Of a DNA stretch of 64,000 nucleotides, positions 19,547-29,866 are shown piece after piece. The DNA is taken from assembly GCA_963836205.1 (NCBI GenBank), contig CAWIIV010000011.1:96001-160000 (forward strand), written 5' to 3'. The position numbers and the translations under genes are program-made. The notes below the pieces were generated by a model, which saw only the letters and a list, made by a program, of their open reading frames with translations, made no database searches and had not been told where the DNA came from. The DNA comes from an uncultured Acidimicrobiia bacterium. GTDB taxonomy: Bacteria; Actinomycetota; Acidimicrobiia; Acidimicrobiales; AC-14. Positions within the stretch are counted from its first letter, which is position 1, and every line of letters starts with the position of its first letter.

Positions 19547-20799
19547 GCCACCGCACGGTTCCGCTCGAAATCCTCGAGCGGATGACCGTGTCGGCCGAAC
19601 ATCTGCCCAAGGCCCTGGGCGACTTGGTGAGCCGCGACTTCGTCAGCGAGGCCGTCATCCTGTCGACGTGCCACCGCACCGAGATCTACGTGGTGGCCGA
19701 GCGCTTCCACGGCGGCGTGCAGGACATCCGCCACTTCCTCACCGGCCTGGCGTTCCTTCCGCCGGAGGATTTCAGCGACCACCTGTTCACCTACCACGAC
19801 GAGTCGGCCGCGTCCCACCTGTTCAGCGTGACTGCGGGCCTGGAGTCGGTGGTGCTGGGCGAGAGCCAGATCCTGGGCCAGGTCCGCACCGCCTGGGAAC
19901 GGGCCCGCGACGAGGGCGCGGCCGGGTCCCGGCTGTCGGCCCTGTTCCGCCACGCTCTTGAGGTCGGCAAGCGGGTCCGCTCCGAGACCGCCATCGGCCG
20001 GGGGGTGACGTCGCTGTCGCAGGCGGCGGTGGCGCTGGCCACCGACCGGCTGGGGACGCTCGAGGGGCGCAAGCTGGTCCTCCTGGGCGCAGGCGAGATG
20101 GGCGAAGGCATGGCCGACGACCTGGCCGCCGTTGCCGACGCCTCCGCCGGCGACGGACCCGAGGTCGTCGTCGCCAGCCGCACCCGCCTGCGGGCGGTCA
20201 AGGTGGCGGAGAAGGTGGGGGCCCAGGTCGTCGACATCGACGAGCTGCCGTCGGCCCTGGCCACCGCCGACGTGCTGCTGAGCTCCACCGGTTCGGCCAC
20301 GGTCGTGCTGGGCGCGGCCGACCTGGCCCCGGTGATGGCCACCCGGCCCGACCGGCCGCTGCTCATCGTCGACATGGGCATGCCCCGCGACATCGACCCC
20401 GCCGTCCGTTCGCTGGCGGGCGTCACCCTGCTCGACCTCGCCGACCTGCAGACGTTCGTGGAGGCGGGCCTCGACGAGCGGCGCAAGGAGGTGGGCCGGG
20501 TCCGGGCCATCGTCGACGACGAGGTCGGCCGCTTCCAGGAAGCGGTCGCCGAGCGCCAGGCGGCACCGCTGGTGACCGCCCTGCGGGAGCGGGCCGACGA
20601 CCTCCGCCTGGCCGAGCTGGCCCGCTACAGGAACCGGCTCGAGGGACTCGACCCCCGCCAGCAGGAGGCGGTCGCCGCCCTCACCCGCAGCATCCTGGGC
20701 AAGCTCCTCCACGAGCCCACTGTCCGGCTCAAGGAGTCGGCCGGATCGGCCCGGGGCGAGCGCCTGGCGGAAGCCATCCAAGAGCTCTTCGACCTCTGA
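19522..20799 (+). CDS. hemA: Glutamyl-tRNA reductase
   Basis: VGLSHRT, LSTCHRTE, GESQILGQV, GAGEMG, DMGMPRD, KLLHEPT. Confidence 0.96.
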   Translation: MSLVVVGLSHRTVPLEILERMTVSAEHLPKALGDLVSRDFVSEAVILSTCHRTEIYVVAERFHGGVQDIRHFLTGLAFLPPEDFSDHLFTYHDESAASHLFSVTAGLESVVLGESQILGQVRTAWERARDEGAAGSRLSALFRHALEVGKRVRSETAIGRGVTSLSQAAVALATDRLGTLEGRKLVLLGAGEMGEGMADDLAAVADASAGDGPEVVVASRTRLRAVKVAEKVGAQVVDIDELPSALATADVLLSSTGSATVVLGAADLAPVMATRPDRPLLIVDMGMPRDIDPAVRSLAGVTLLDLADLQTFVEAGLDERRKEVGRVRAIVDDEVGRFQEAVAERQAAPLVTALRERADDLRLAELARYRNRLEGLDPRQQEAVAALTRSILGKLLHEPTVRLKESAGSARGERLAEAIQELFDL

Positions 20800-21731
20800 T
20801 GGCGAGCCCGCCCGCCGGCCAGCGGCTGCGGGCGGCCACCCGGGCGAGCAACCTGGCCCGGGTCCAGACGGCGGCCGTCTCCGACATGCTGGCCGCGGCA
20901 TGGGGCCTCGACGTGGAGGCGGTCGTGGTCGACACCCACGGCGACCGCCGCACCGACGCCCCCATCTGGGCCATCGGCGGCCAGGGGGTGTTCGTCAAGG
21001 AGGTGCAGGCGGCGGTGCTCGACGGCCGGGCCGACATCGCCGTCCACTCGTCCAAGGACCTCCCCTCCAAGCCCACCGACGGGCTGGTGATCGGCGCCTT
21101 CCCGCCCCGGGCCGACCCCCGCGACGCTCTCGTCGGCGGCACCCTGGCCACCCTGCCGGCGGGGGCGCGCATCGGCACCGGCTCCATCCGCCGGCGGGCG
21201 CAGCTGGCCTGGCTGCGGCCCGACCTCACCTTCGCCGGCCTGCGGGGGAACATGGAGACCCGCCTGGCCAAGGCGTCCAACTTCGATGCCATCGTGGTCG
21301 CCGCCGCCGCCCTCCAGCGGCTGGGGCGCAGCGCCGAGCGGTCGGAGGTCCTCGACCCCGAGCTGGTCGTGCCCCAGGTGGGACAGGGGGCGATGGCCGT
21401 CGAGTGCCGGGAGGACGACGCCGCCACCCGGGAGCTGCTCGCCGCCATCGACCACCGGCCCACGCGCCTGGCGGTGGAGGCGGAACGGGCCTTCCTCCGC
21501 GAGATCGGCGGCTCGTGCGACCTGCCGGTCGGGGCGTACGCGACGGTGGCCGACGGGAGTGGCACCATCCGCCTGGAGGGGATGCTGGCCACGGGCGACG
21601 GTCGCATCGTCATCCGCCAGCGGGACGACGACACCGACCCGGTCGAGCTCGGGCGGCGGGTCGCCCGCTACCTCCTCGACGACGCCGGCGGCGCCGCTCT
21701 CCTCGACCTCGGCGTCACCAGCTCGCCGTGA
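20799..21731 (+). CDS. hemC: Hydroxymethylbilane synthase (porphobilinogen deaminase)
   Basis: ATRASNLA, GVFVKE, AVHSSKD, GTGSIRR, LRGNMETRL, GGSCDLP. Confidence 0.96.
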   Translation: MASPPAGQRLRAATRASNLARVQTAAVSDMLAAAWGLDVEAVVVDTHGDRRTDAPIWAIGGQGVFVKEVQAAVLDGRADIAVHSSKDLPSKPTDGLVIGAFPPRADPRDALVGGTLATLPAGARIGTGSIRRRAQLAWLRPDLTFAGLRGNMETRLAKASNFDAIVVAAAALQRLGRSAERSEVLDPELVVPQVGQGAMAVECREDDAATRELLAAIDHRPTRLAVEAERAFLREIGGSCDLPVGAYATVADGSGTIRLEGMLATGDGRIVIRQRDDDTDPVELGRRVARYLLDDAGGAALLDLGVTSSP

Positions 21732-21798
21732 CCCCCCGGATGTACGCCGCGCCGTGACACGTCGGAGGGGGCGAAGGCGCCGATTCTCGCCCGCCGCG

Positions 21799-23261
21799 AT
21801 GACGGTCTACCTGGTCGGGGCGGGACCCGGGCGACCCGGGACTGATCACCGTCCGGGGGGCCCAGGTGCTGGCCGGGGCCGACGTCGTGGTCCACGACCG
21901 GCTGGCGGAGGCCTCGCTCCTCGACCAGGCCCCGGCCACCGCCGAGCGCATCGACGTGGGCAAGTCCCCCGGCGGCCCCGTCCGCCAGGACGAGATCAAC
22001 GCCCTCCTCGTGGCCCGGGGACGGGCCGGGCAGTCGGTCGTCCGCCTCAAGGGAGGAGACCCGTTCGTCTTCGGGCGGGGGGGCGAGGAGGCGGCCGCCC
22101 TGCTGGCCGCGGGGGTGCCCGTTCGAGGTGGTGCCCGGCATCTCGGCCGCGGTGGGCGTCCCCGCCTACGCCGGCATCCCCGTCACCCACCGGGGGCCTG
22201 TCCACCTCGTTCACCGTCGTCACCGGCCACAGCCGCCATGCGGTCGACGACGACATCGACTGGGACGCCCTGGCCCGGGTGGGCGACACCCTCGTGATCC
22301 TCATGGGCGTGGCCCACCGGGCGGAGATCGCCACCGGCTGATGGCGGGGGGCGCGCCGGCGGAAACGCCGGTGGCGGCCGTCCGGTGGGGCACCCGTCCC
22401 GACCAGCGCACCGTCCGCACCACCCTGGGCGAGCTGCACGCCTGCCCCCTGGAGCCACCGGTGACGATCGTGATCGGCCAGGTGGCGGCGTTGAACCTGC
22501 CCTGGTTCGAGTCCCGGCCCCTGTTCGGCCGGCGGGTGGTGGTGACCCGGGCCCGCCACCAGGCGTCGGGGCTGGTGGAGCGGCTGCGGGCGGTGGGGGC
22601 GGAGCCGGTGGAGGTGCCGACCATCGAGATCGCCGACCCCGACGACGGGGGCGACGGTCTGCGGGCGGCCGCCGCCCGGTTGCGGGAGTACGACTGGGCC
22701 TGCTTCACCTCGGCCAACGCGGTCGAACGGTTCTTCGCCTGTGTCGACGACGCCCGTGCCTTCGGCGACGTGCGGGTGGCGGCCGTCGGCCCGGGCACCG
22801 CCGCCGCCCTGGCCGCGGCCGGCATCGTCGCCGACCTGGTGCCCGAGCGGTCGCTGGCCGAGGGCCTGGTCGACGCCTTCCCCCGGGGCCCGGGTCGGGT
22901 GTTGTTGCCCCAGGCGGCGGCCGCCCGGCCGGTGTTGGCCGAGGGCCTGCGGGCCAAGGGGTGGACGGTCGACGTGGCCGTCGCCTACCGCACGGTGCCC
23001 TCCACCCCGGGCGCCGACCTCCTGGCCACCGCGGCCAAGGCCGACGCCATCGCGTTCACGTCGGCGTCCACCGTCACGTCCTACCTGGCCGCCGCCGGCC
23101 CCGCGGCCGTCCCCCCCGTCGTCGCCTGCATCGGCCCCGTCACCGCCGCCACCGCCGAGTCCGAGGGCGTCGCCGTCACCGTCACCGCCACCGACCACAC
23201 CCTCGACGGCCTGGTCGCCGCCCTCGTCGCAGCCCTCGCCCGACCGCCCCACGAGGTTTGA
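21799..23261 (+). CDS. hemD: Uroporphyrinogen-III C-methyltransferase / uroporphyrinogen-III synthase fusion (CobA-HemD); four apparent frameshifts
   Basis: [54 protein letters not shown] spread over frames with shifts near 21830, 22120, 22195, 22335. Confidence 0.88.
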
Positions 23262-23445
23262 ATCACCCGGGGAGGGGTGGAATCGCCCTCGACAGCACCG
23301 ATCACACCCCTACCGACGCATGAAACCGAGCCGCGCCCGCTGCGAGAACTTCCGCCGGCACGGAGTGGCTGCCAGCCGCCGCGGAAGCGCGGACCTGACC
23401 GGCGCCGATACGCCATCGCGGGCACCCGGCCTACGATCGCGGGCT

Positions 23446-24430
23446 ATGAGCTTTCCCGCCCGGCGGCTGCGGCGGCTGCGGCGCACGCCTGCCCTGCGCC
23501 GGTTGGTGGCCGAGACCCGGCTGACGGTCGACGACCTGGTGGCGCCCCTGTTCGTCCGGGCCGGTATCGCCGAGCCGGCACCCATCCCATCGATGCCGGG
23601 GGTCGTCCAGCACACCCGAGAGTCGTTGCGCAAGGAGGTCCGGGCTCTCGCCGACCTCGGCGTCCCGGGCGTCATCCTCTTCGGCGTCCCGTCCCCCGAC
23701 AGCAAGGACGCCGAGGGCTCCCAGGCCTGGGCCGCCGACGGCATCGCCCAGCTCGCCCTGCACGACATCCGCCACGAGGTCGGCGACGAGCTGGTGGTGA
23801 TGGCCGACCTCTGCCTCGACGAGTACACCGACCACGGCCACTGTGGCCTGCTCACGGCCGCCGGCGAGGTCGACAACGACGCCACCCTCGACCGTTACGC
23901 CCGGGTGGCGGTGGCCCAGGCCGACGCCGGCGCCGACGTGGTGGCCCCCTCGGGGATGATGGACGGCCAGGTCGCGGCCATCCGCCGGGCCCTCGACGCC
24001 GCCGGCCACACACCAGACCGCCATCCTCGCCTACGCGGCCAAGTACGCCTCCGCCTACTACGGCCCCTTCCGCGACGCGGTCGACGTCCGCATCGCCGGC
24101 GGTGGCGACCGCACCGGCTACCAGCAGGACTTCCGCAACGCCCGGGAGGCCCTGGCCGAGGTCGCCCTCGACATCGAGGAGGGCGCCGACATGGTGATGG
24201 TGAAGCCGGCCGTCCCCTACCTCGACGTGATCGCCGCCGTCCGCGCCCGGTTCGACGTCCCCGTCGCCGCCTACCACGTGTCCGGCGAGTACTCCATGGT
24301 CAAGGCCGCGGCCGAGCGGGGATGGGTCGACGGCACCGCGGTGGCGATCGAGCAGCTCACCGCGGTCAAGCGGGCGGGGGCCGACGTCATCATCACCTAC
24401 TTCGCGTCCGAGCTGGCCCAGGCCCTTTGA
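23446..24430 (+). CDS. hemB: Porphobilinogen synthase (delta-aminolevulinate dehydratase); apparent frameshift ~24015
   Basis: [56 protein letters not shown]. Confidence 0.94.
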
Positions 24431-25700
24431 CGACCAACGGAGCGTCCAATCAGTCCTGTTCAGGCGGGCGTGCGAGCGTCATCCCCGGCGGCGTCGACTC
24501 GCCCGTGCGGGCCTTCGGCAAGGTCGGCGGCACCCCCTACTTCGTGGCCCGGGCCGAGGGCGCCTACGTCTGGGACGTCGAGGGCCGCAAGTACACCGAC
24601 TTCGTCCAGTCGTGGGGGGCGTCGATCCTCGGCCACGCCCACCCAAGGTGGTCGAGGCCATCCAGAAGGCGGCGACGCAGGGCACGTCGTACGGCGCCCC
24701 CACCGAGCGGGAGGTCCTGCTGGCCGAGGCCATCCGCGAGCGGGTGCCGTCGTGCCGGCGCATCCGCCTCGTCTCCAGCGGCACCGAGGCCTGCATGTCG
24801 GCGGTGCGGGTGGCCCGGGGCTTCACCGGCCGCGACCGCATCGTGGTCTTCGACGGCTGCTACCACGGCCACGCCGACCACCTCCTGGCCGCGGGGGGGA
24901 GCGGACTGGCCACCCTCGGCCTGCCCGGCTCCGCCGGCGTGCCCAAGCAGGCCGTGGCCGACACGCTCGTCGTCCCCTACAACGTCGTACCCGAGATCGG
25001 CGCCGACGTGGCCGCGGTGATGGTCGAGCCCGTCGCCGCCAACATGGGCCTCGTCCCCCCCGCCGAAGGCTTCCTCCACGGCCTCCGCCAGGCGTGCGAT
25101 CGCGCCGGCGCCCTCCTGATCTTCGACGAGGTCATCACCGGCTTCCGCCTCGGCCCCGGTGGCGCCCAGGGCCGCTTCGGCGTCACCCCCGACCTCTCCA
25201 CCTTCGGCAAGATCATCGGCGGCGGATTGCCCCTGGCCGCCTTCGGGGGCCGGGCCGACGTGATGTCGGTCCTCGCCCCCGAGGGACCCGTCTACCAGGC
25301 GGGCACCCTGTCGGGGAACCCCCTTGCCACCGCCGCCGGCCTGGCCGTCCTCGACCTCCTCGACGACGCCGCCTACGTGCAGCTGGCGGGACGGGCGGCC
25401 GAGCTGGCGGCCAACCTCACCACCGTTATCACCGATGCCGGCCTCCCGGTGCAAATCCCTGTCGTCGGCCCCCTCATGGGCCTCTTCTTCGCCGACCGCC
25501 AGCCCCACGACTACGACTCCGCCAAACAGGCCGACGGCGCCCGCTACGCCCGCTTCTTCCACCACATGCTCGACCGGGGCGTGGCCCTGGCGCCCAGCCC
25601 GTTCGAGGCCCTCTTCCCCAGCCTGGCCCACACCAAGGAGGAGCTGGAGCGCACCGTCGACCTGGCCGCGGCTGCCGCCCGCGCGACCGCTGCCGGTTAG
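24427..25700 (+). CDS. hemL: Glutamate-1-semialdehyde 2,1-aminomutase; apparent frameshift ~24645
   Basis: [51 protein letters not shown]. Confidence 0.94.
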
Positions 25701-26215
25701 TTCGCCAGCTCCTCGCCGGCCGAGCCCTCCTTCTCCTCCTCCGGCTCTCGCTCCTTGCGCCGCACCAGGAACGTGGCCACCGACAGGAGCAGGACGATGC
25801 CGCCGAGGACGCCGATGCCGGTCATGGCGTGGCGGAACCCTTCGCCTTCCTTACCGACGAAGTCGGCCGCCTCCAGGCTGAGGACGATGATCTCCTTGAT
25901 GGAGGCGATGATCCCCGCCACGAGGAACGGCTCCGCCACCAGCCGGTGCTCCACCATCGTGGCCCGCACCGCGGCCAGCAGCTCGAGCAGGATGAACACC
26001 AGGAGCAGCCCGTCGAGCGAGTGGGTGACGGCGGTGGCGACCCCGTCGTCGAGCTCCTGGACCAGGCCGTAGCCGATCTCGCCCAGCACGGCCACCGCGC
26101 CCGCCAGCAGCAGGAGAGCAGAGACCGTGTACAACACGTTCTCGGCGAAGGTGAGGGCCCGGTCGATCGGGCCCACCATCTGCTCCTCTTTCTCGTCGTT
26201 CTGGTCGCTGCTCAC
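25697..26215 (-). CDS. PsiE-like (phosphate-starvation-inducible) membrane protein
   Basis: Four hydrophobic segments; LDGLLLVFILLELL, EPFLVAGIIASIKEII. Confidence 0.8.
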   Translation of the reverse strand: MSSDQNDEKEEQMVGPIDRALTFAENVLYTVSALLLLAGAVAVLGEIGYGLVQELDDGVATAVTHSLDGLLLVFILLELLAAVRATMVEHRLVAEPFLVAGIIASIKEIIVLSLEAADFVGKEGEGFRHAMTGIGVLGGIVLLLSVATFLVRRKEREPEEEKEGSAGEELAN

Positions 26216-26226
26216 GCCCACCCCCC

Positions 26227-26571
26227 TCAGGCCCAGCCCAGCTCGTCGAGGCGGTCGTCGTCGATGCCGAAGTGGTGGGCGACCTCGTGGATCATCGTGT
26301 CGCGCACCGTCTCGACCACCTCGTCCTCCGTCTCGCACATCTCGCAGATCGGCCGCCGGTAGATGGTGATGCGGTCGGGGAGGACCATCCCGCCGTACGC
26401 GTCCCGCTCGGTGAGGGGCACGCCTTCGTAGAGCCCGAGCAGGTCTTCGCCCCGCGCCCGCTCCTCCACCAGCACCCACACATTGTCCATGTGCCGGCCC
26501 AGGGCTTCGGGGATGCTGTCGAGGGCGTCGGCCACCAGCTCCTCGAACCGGGCCCGGGCGACGTCGATCAC
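26227..26571 (-). CDS. Zincin-like minimal metallopeptidase (DUF1025 type)
   Basis: FEELVADALD, LLGLYEGVPL, PDRITIYR, HEVAHHFG. Confidence 0.9.
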   Translation of the reverse strand: MIDVARARFEELVADALDSIPEALGRHMDNVWVLVEERARGEDLLGLYEGVPLTERDAYGGMVLPDRITIYRRPICEMCETEDEVVETVRDTMIHEVAHHFGIDDDRLDELGWA

Positions 26572-26757
26572 CCGCGCACCGCAAGCCCCCGCGCCACCGC
26601 AAGCCCCCGCGCCACCGCAAGCCCCCGCGCCACCGCAAGCCCCCGCGCCACCGCAAGCCCCCGCGCCACCGCAAGCACCCGCGCCACCGCAAGCACCCGC
26701 GCCACCGCAAGCACCCGCGCCACCGCAAGCACCCGCGCCACCGCAAGCACCCGCGCG
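26572..26757. repeat. Intergenic 18-bp tandem repeat x10
   Basis: ccgcgccaccgcaagc(c/a)c; first five units one variant, last five the other. Confidence 0.95.
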
Positions 26758-26764
26758 CGACCGC

Positions 26765-28102
26765 TCAGCGGGAGGGCGCCAACCGAGCGATGGCGGCCAC
26801 CGCCCGGTAGGCGGCCTCCGCGGGACCCCGCTCGTCCTCCCGCAGGAGGTTGGCCATGATGCGCAGCACCCATTCCATGAGCGTGCGCGACCGCATCCCG
26901 GTGCCGACCAGCATCCGCATGAGCTGGGGGTGGCCGATGATCTTCACGAACGCCCGCGCCACCCGGTAGTAGAGGTCGTACTCGGCCCGCAGCCGGTCCT
27001 CGTAGGTGCGCAGGGCCGCCGCCTGGCCGGTGTCGAGGGCCTGGTGGACGGCCTCGGCCGCGTACCGGCCCGTCTCGTAGGCGTAGGCGATGCCCTCACC
27101 GTTGAAGGGGTTGATGGCTCCGGCGGCGTCGCCGGTGGTGAGCCACGTCGGTCCGAACGACGGCCCCACCGACAGGCCCATGGGGAGCTTGCCCCCGGTG
27201 GGCGGGCCGAGCGACGTCTCCGGCGAGATGCCCCACGAGGCGGGGGCGTAGTCGACGAAGGCGTCCATCAGCTTGGACGTGTTGACTTCCTTCCACTGCT
27301 TGAACGTGGAGAGCAGGCCCACGCCCACGTTCACCCGGCCGTCGCCCAGGGGGAAGATCCACCCGTAGCCGGGCAGGACGTGGCCGTTGGCGTCGCGCAC
27401 GTCGAGGTGGGACTCGATCCACGGCTCGTTCGACCGGGGAGACGTGAAGTACCCCCGGATCGCCATGCCCAGGGGGTAGGCCCGGTCGCGGGAGCAGCCG
27501 AGGGCCCGCCCGAACCTGCTGTTGGCCCCGTCGGCGACCACGGTGTAGGTGGCCCGGATGGTGGTGGTGTCGCCCGTGTCCTTGTTCTTGACGACCGCGC
27601 CCCGGGGGATGCCGCCGTCGAGGTTGGGCTCGATCGCCTCCATCCCCTGGAGGACGAGCGCACCCGCCTTCTCCGCCCGCTCGGCCACCATCTGGTCGAG
27701 GTCGTGGCGGGTGATGACGTAGCCGTGGCGGGGGAAGCCGGGCCGCTCGGGCCACTTGAGCTCGATGGTCTTGCCGAAGGCGATCGACCGCAGGCCGTCG
27801 AAGCGGTGGGCCCCGACCGCCAGGCCGTCGGCCAGGCCCATGTCGTCGAGCTGCTTGACCGCCCGCGGGGTCAGCCCGTCGCCGCAGGTCTTGACCCGGG
27901 GGAAGTGCTTCTTCTCCACGACCACCACGTCGTGGCCCATCTCGGCCAGCCAGTAGGCGCAGGCCGCCCCCGAGGGACCGCCACCGACCACCAGGACTTC
28001 GTGGTCGGTCCCTGGGTGGCCGGTCCCTGGGTGGCCGGTCCCTGGGTGGCCGGTCCCTGGGTGGTCGGTCCCTGGGTGGTCGGTCCCTGGGTGGTCGGCC
28101 AC
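26765..28102 (-). CDS. Geranylgeranyl reductase family FAD oxidoreductase (MenJ-like menaquinone side-chain reductase)
   Basis: VVGGGPSG, FPRVKTCGDGLTPRAV, ADGANSR, GYGWIFP, GDAAGAINPFNGEGIAYAYETG. Confidence 0.88.
   Translation of the reverse strand: MADHPGTDHPGTDHPGTGHPGTGHPGTGHPGTDHEVLVVGGGPSGAACAYWLAEMGHDVVVVEKKHFPRVKTCGDGLTPRAVKQLDDMGLADGLAVGAHRFDGLRSIAFGKTIELKWPERPGFPRHGYVITRHDLDQMVAERAEKAGALVLQGMEAIEPNLDGGIPRGAVVKNKDTGDTTTIRATYTVVADGANSRFGRALGCSRDRAYPLGMAIRGYFTSPRSNEPWIESHLDVRDANGHVLPGYGWIFPLGDGRVNVGVGLLSTFKQWKEVNTSKLMDAFVDYAPASWGISPETSLGPPTGGKLPMGLSVGPSFGPTWLTTGDAAGAINPFNGEGIAYAYETGRYAAEAVHQALDTGQAAALRTYEDRLRAEYDLYYRVARAFVKIIGHPQLMRMLVGTGMRSRTLMEWVLRIMANLLREDERGPAEAAYRAVAAIARLAPSR
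28001..28099 (-). repeat. 15-bp coding repeat x6 ((D/G)HPGT) at reductase N-terminus
   Basis: ggtccctgggtgg(t/c)c repeated. Confidence 0.93.
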
Positions 28103-28111
28103 AGTCGGACT

Positions 28112-28762
28112 TTAGAGCCCTTCGCGCTCGTACTGTACGACGAGGGTGATCTCTTCCTCGGTGAGCTGGCCTGCGAACGCCGGCATGCCCCCCGAGGCGG
28201 CGGTGTGCTGTCCACCTTCGCGGGCGGGGTCGCCGTAGGGCTGCCCCTTGATCTTCGACGAACCCTCGGACACGAACTTGACGTGGTCCTCTTCGTTGGG
28301 GAAGGTCTTGGCCACCTCGCCACCGGCGAGCGGGGGACCGACGCCACCCTGGCCCTGGGCCCCGTGGCAGTTGACGCAGCCCGCGGTCTGGAAGATCTCC
28401 TCGCCGGTGGCGGGCCCGGCGGCGGTGCTCGACTCGCCGAACGCCCCCAGGTAGACGATGGCCCACAGCGGCAGCAGCAGGATCACCGGCATCATCCACA
28501 CCGGGATCCCGCTGCGGGGACCGGCGGGGGCGACGTAGGTGGGCAGTGCCTCGGTGGGGCGGGCCGAGGGCGCGGCGGGAGCGCTCGGAGCGCTCGCCGC
28601 GGCCGCGGGTGCCGGTGCGGGGGCCGACCCGGCGGTGGCAGGAGCGGCGTCGCCCCCCGAGCCCTCGTCCGCCGGCGCGGGCGCGTCGCCGCCTCCCCCG
28701 AGGCCCAGCGCCGCCCGCCGGGCGCGTGAACGTTCGAGTAGGTAGTCGGGGACCTCGGTCAT
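28112..28762 (-). CDS. Membrane-anchored monoheme c-type cytochrome
   Basis: One TM helix, CVNCH, GQGGVGPPL, GMPAF axial Met; TACATT -10 element 9 nt before ATG. Confidence 0.9.
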   Translation of the reverse strand: MTEVPDYLLERSRARRAALGLGGGGDAPAPADEGSGGDAAPATAGSAPAPAPAAAASAPSAPAAPSARPTEALPTYVAPAGPRSGIPVWMMPVILLLPLWAIVYLGAFGESSTAAGPATGEEIFQTAGCVNCHGAQGQGGVGPPLAGGEVAKTFPNEEDHVKFVSEGSSKIKGQPYGDPAREGGQHTAASGGMPAFAGQLTEEEITLVVQYEREGL

Positions 28763-28911
28763 AACGCCCTGAATGTAAACCGGCAGTACCCGCGAGAGCG
28801 AAGTGGAGGCCCCACAGGGAGGGCGCCGCCCCCCGTGGCGCCCGCCGCCACCGAGGGGACGCGGCGCGTCCCGCCCCCGCACCACCGTCCCCGGGCTCCG
28901 GCCTCCCGGTG

Positions 28912-29221
28912 TGTCGAGACGGTGGCGACCTGGCTTCGTGGGCATGAAAAGGGGCGCCCGACGCCCCTTTTCATGCCCACGAACAGCGGACGCGCCAGCG
29001 TCCCCGGACGCGGCACGGTCTCTCCGGCAGGGCTGGCGACAAAGGGGCCGGTGACGCAGGCCGGAACAGGAAGACGGCGCCCTTCGGGTCACGGTCTCGG
29101 GCCCATGTCGAGACGGTGGCACCCGATCGGGACGCGCCAGGGTCCCCGGAAGCGGCCCGGTCCTTCCGGCAGGGCTGGCGACGAAGGAGCCGGTGCGCCT
29201 GCCGGCACAGAAAGGCAGCCC
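28912..29221. repeat. Degenerate direct repeat pair (28912-29082 and 29106-29221)
   Basis: Shared blocks tgtcgagacggtggc, ggacgcgccag.gtccccgga, tccggcagggctggcgac.aagg.gccggtg. Confidence 0.85.
28935..28983. repeat. Perfect 22-bp inverted repeat with 5-nt loop
   Basis: ttcgtgggcatgaaaaggggcg-cccga-cgccccttttcatgcccacgaa. Confidence 0.95.
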
Positions 29222-29336
29222 GCCGAAGGCGGCCCGCGCCTTCGACTCCGGGGAGGCGCCCCAACTGTTCTCCGGCGGGGGCGTCGTGGTAAGAACCGCA
29301 GCAAGCCTCCAGATCGATTCGAGGCTGTCTTCCGGG

Positions 29337-29358
29337 TACAATGTGATCGCGTTCACGA
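29337..29358 (+). promoter_or_regulatory. -10 element overlapped by a Rex operator candidate (cytochrome bc/nuo operon promoter)
   Basis: TACAAT 29337-29342; ATGTGAT-CGCG-TTCACGA 29341-29358; RBS ggagg follows. Confidence 0.75.
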
Positions 29359-29370
29359 GGGGAGGTACCG

Positions 29371-29826
29371 GTGGTCGCGCTAGTGGTTTCCACAGTGGCT
29401 CTGATCGCCGGGATCGCCCTCGTCTTCGCCGTCGGCCGGCGCCGACCGCCGGGCACGCCCGTCACCTGGGGTGAGGCCTTCGTCGGGGGCACCTTCATCT
29501 TCGCCCTGCTGCTCCTCGGCTACGGCATCGTCCCCCACCAGTGGCTCACGTTCGCCGACAACGACCTGTTGTGGCGGCCCGACAAGCTCATGCTCGGTAT
29601 CTCGGGCGACGGGGTCAAGCTCGGCAACGCGGCGTCGGACTTGGGGGGCACGGGTCGTATCATCGTGAATGCCCAGGCGGTGCGAGACATCGTCGCCGCC
29701 ACGATTTACATCGTCCTCCTGGTGATCCAGGTCTGGCTCTGGTCTGTCTGGCAGAAGCGAGGACGCAAGGCTCCGGAGGTCGAGCTCAGCTCGAGGTTCG
29801 GTCGCCCGGTGATGAGGAAGGCCTGA
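29371..29826 (+). CDS. Uncharacterised membrane protein (about 3 TM), first gene of respiratory operon
   Basis: RBS ggagg; hydrophobic helices; TWGEA, YGIVPHQWLTFADN. Confidence 0.8.
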   Translation: MVALVVSTVALIAGIALVFAVGRRRPPGTPVTWGEAFVGGTFIFALLLLGYGIVPHQWLTFADNDLLWRPDKLMLGISGDGVKLGNAASDLGGTGRIIVNAQAVRDIVAATIYIVLLVIQVWLWSVWQKRGRKAPEVELSSRFGRPVMRKA

Positions 29827-29866
29827 GAGTGGTCCGAACAGTGGTCCAGATGGTGGTGATGAACTG

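Noticed and set aside
26572-26757. CRISPR array
   Set aside because: Units are contiguous with no unique spacers and there are no cas genes; same for 42137-42210 and 50141-50480
28935-28983. Intrinsic terminator
   Set aside because: Lies between divergent promoters, not after a gene, and has no flanking U-tract
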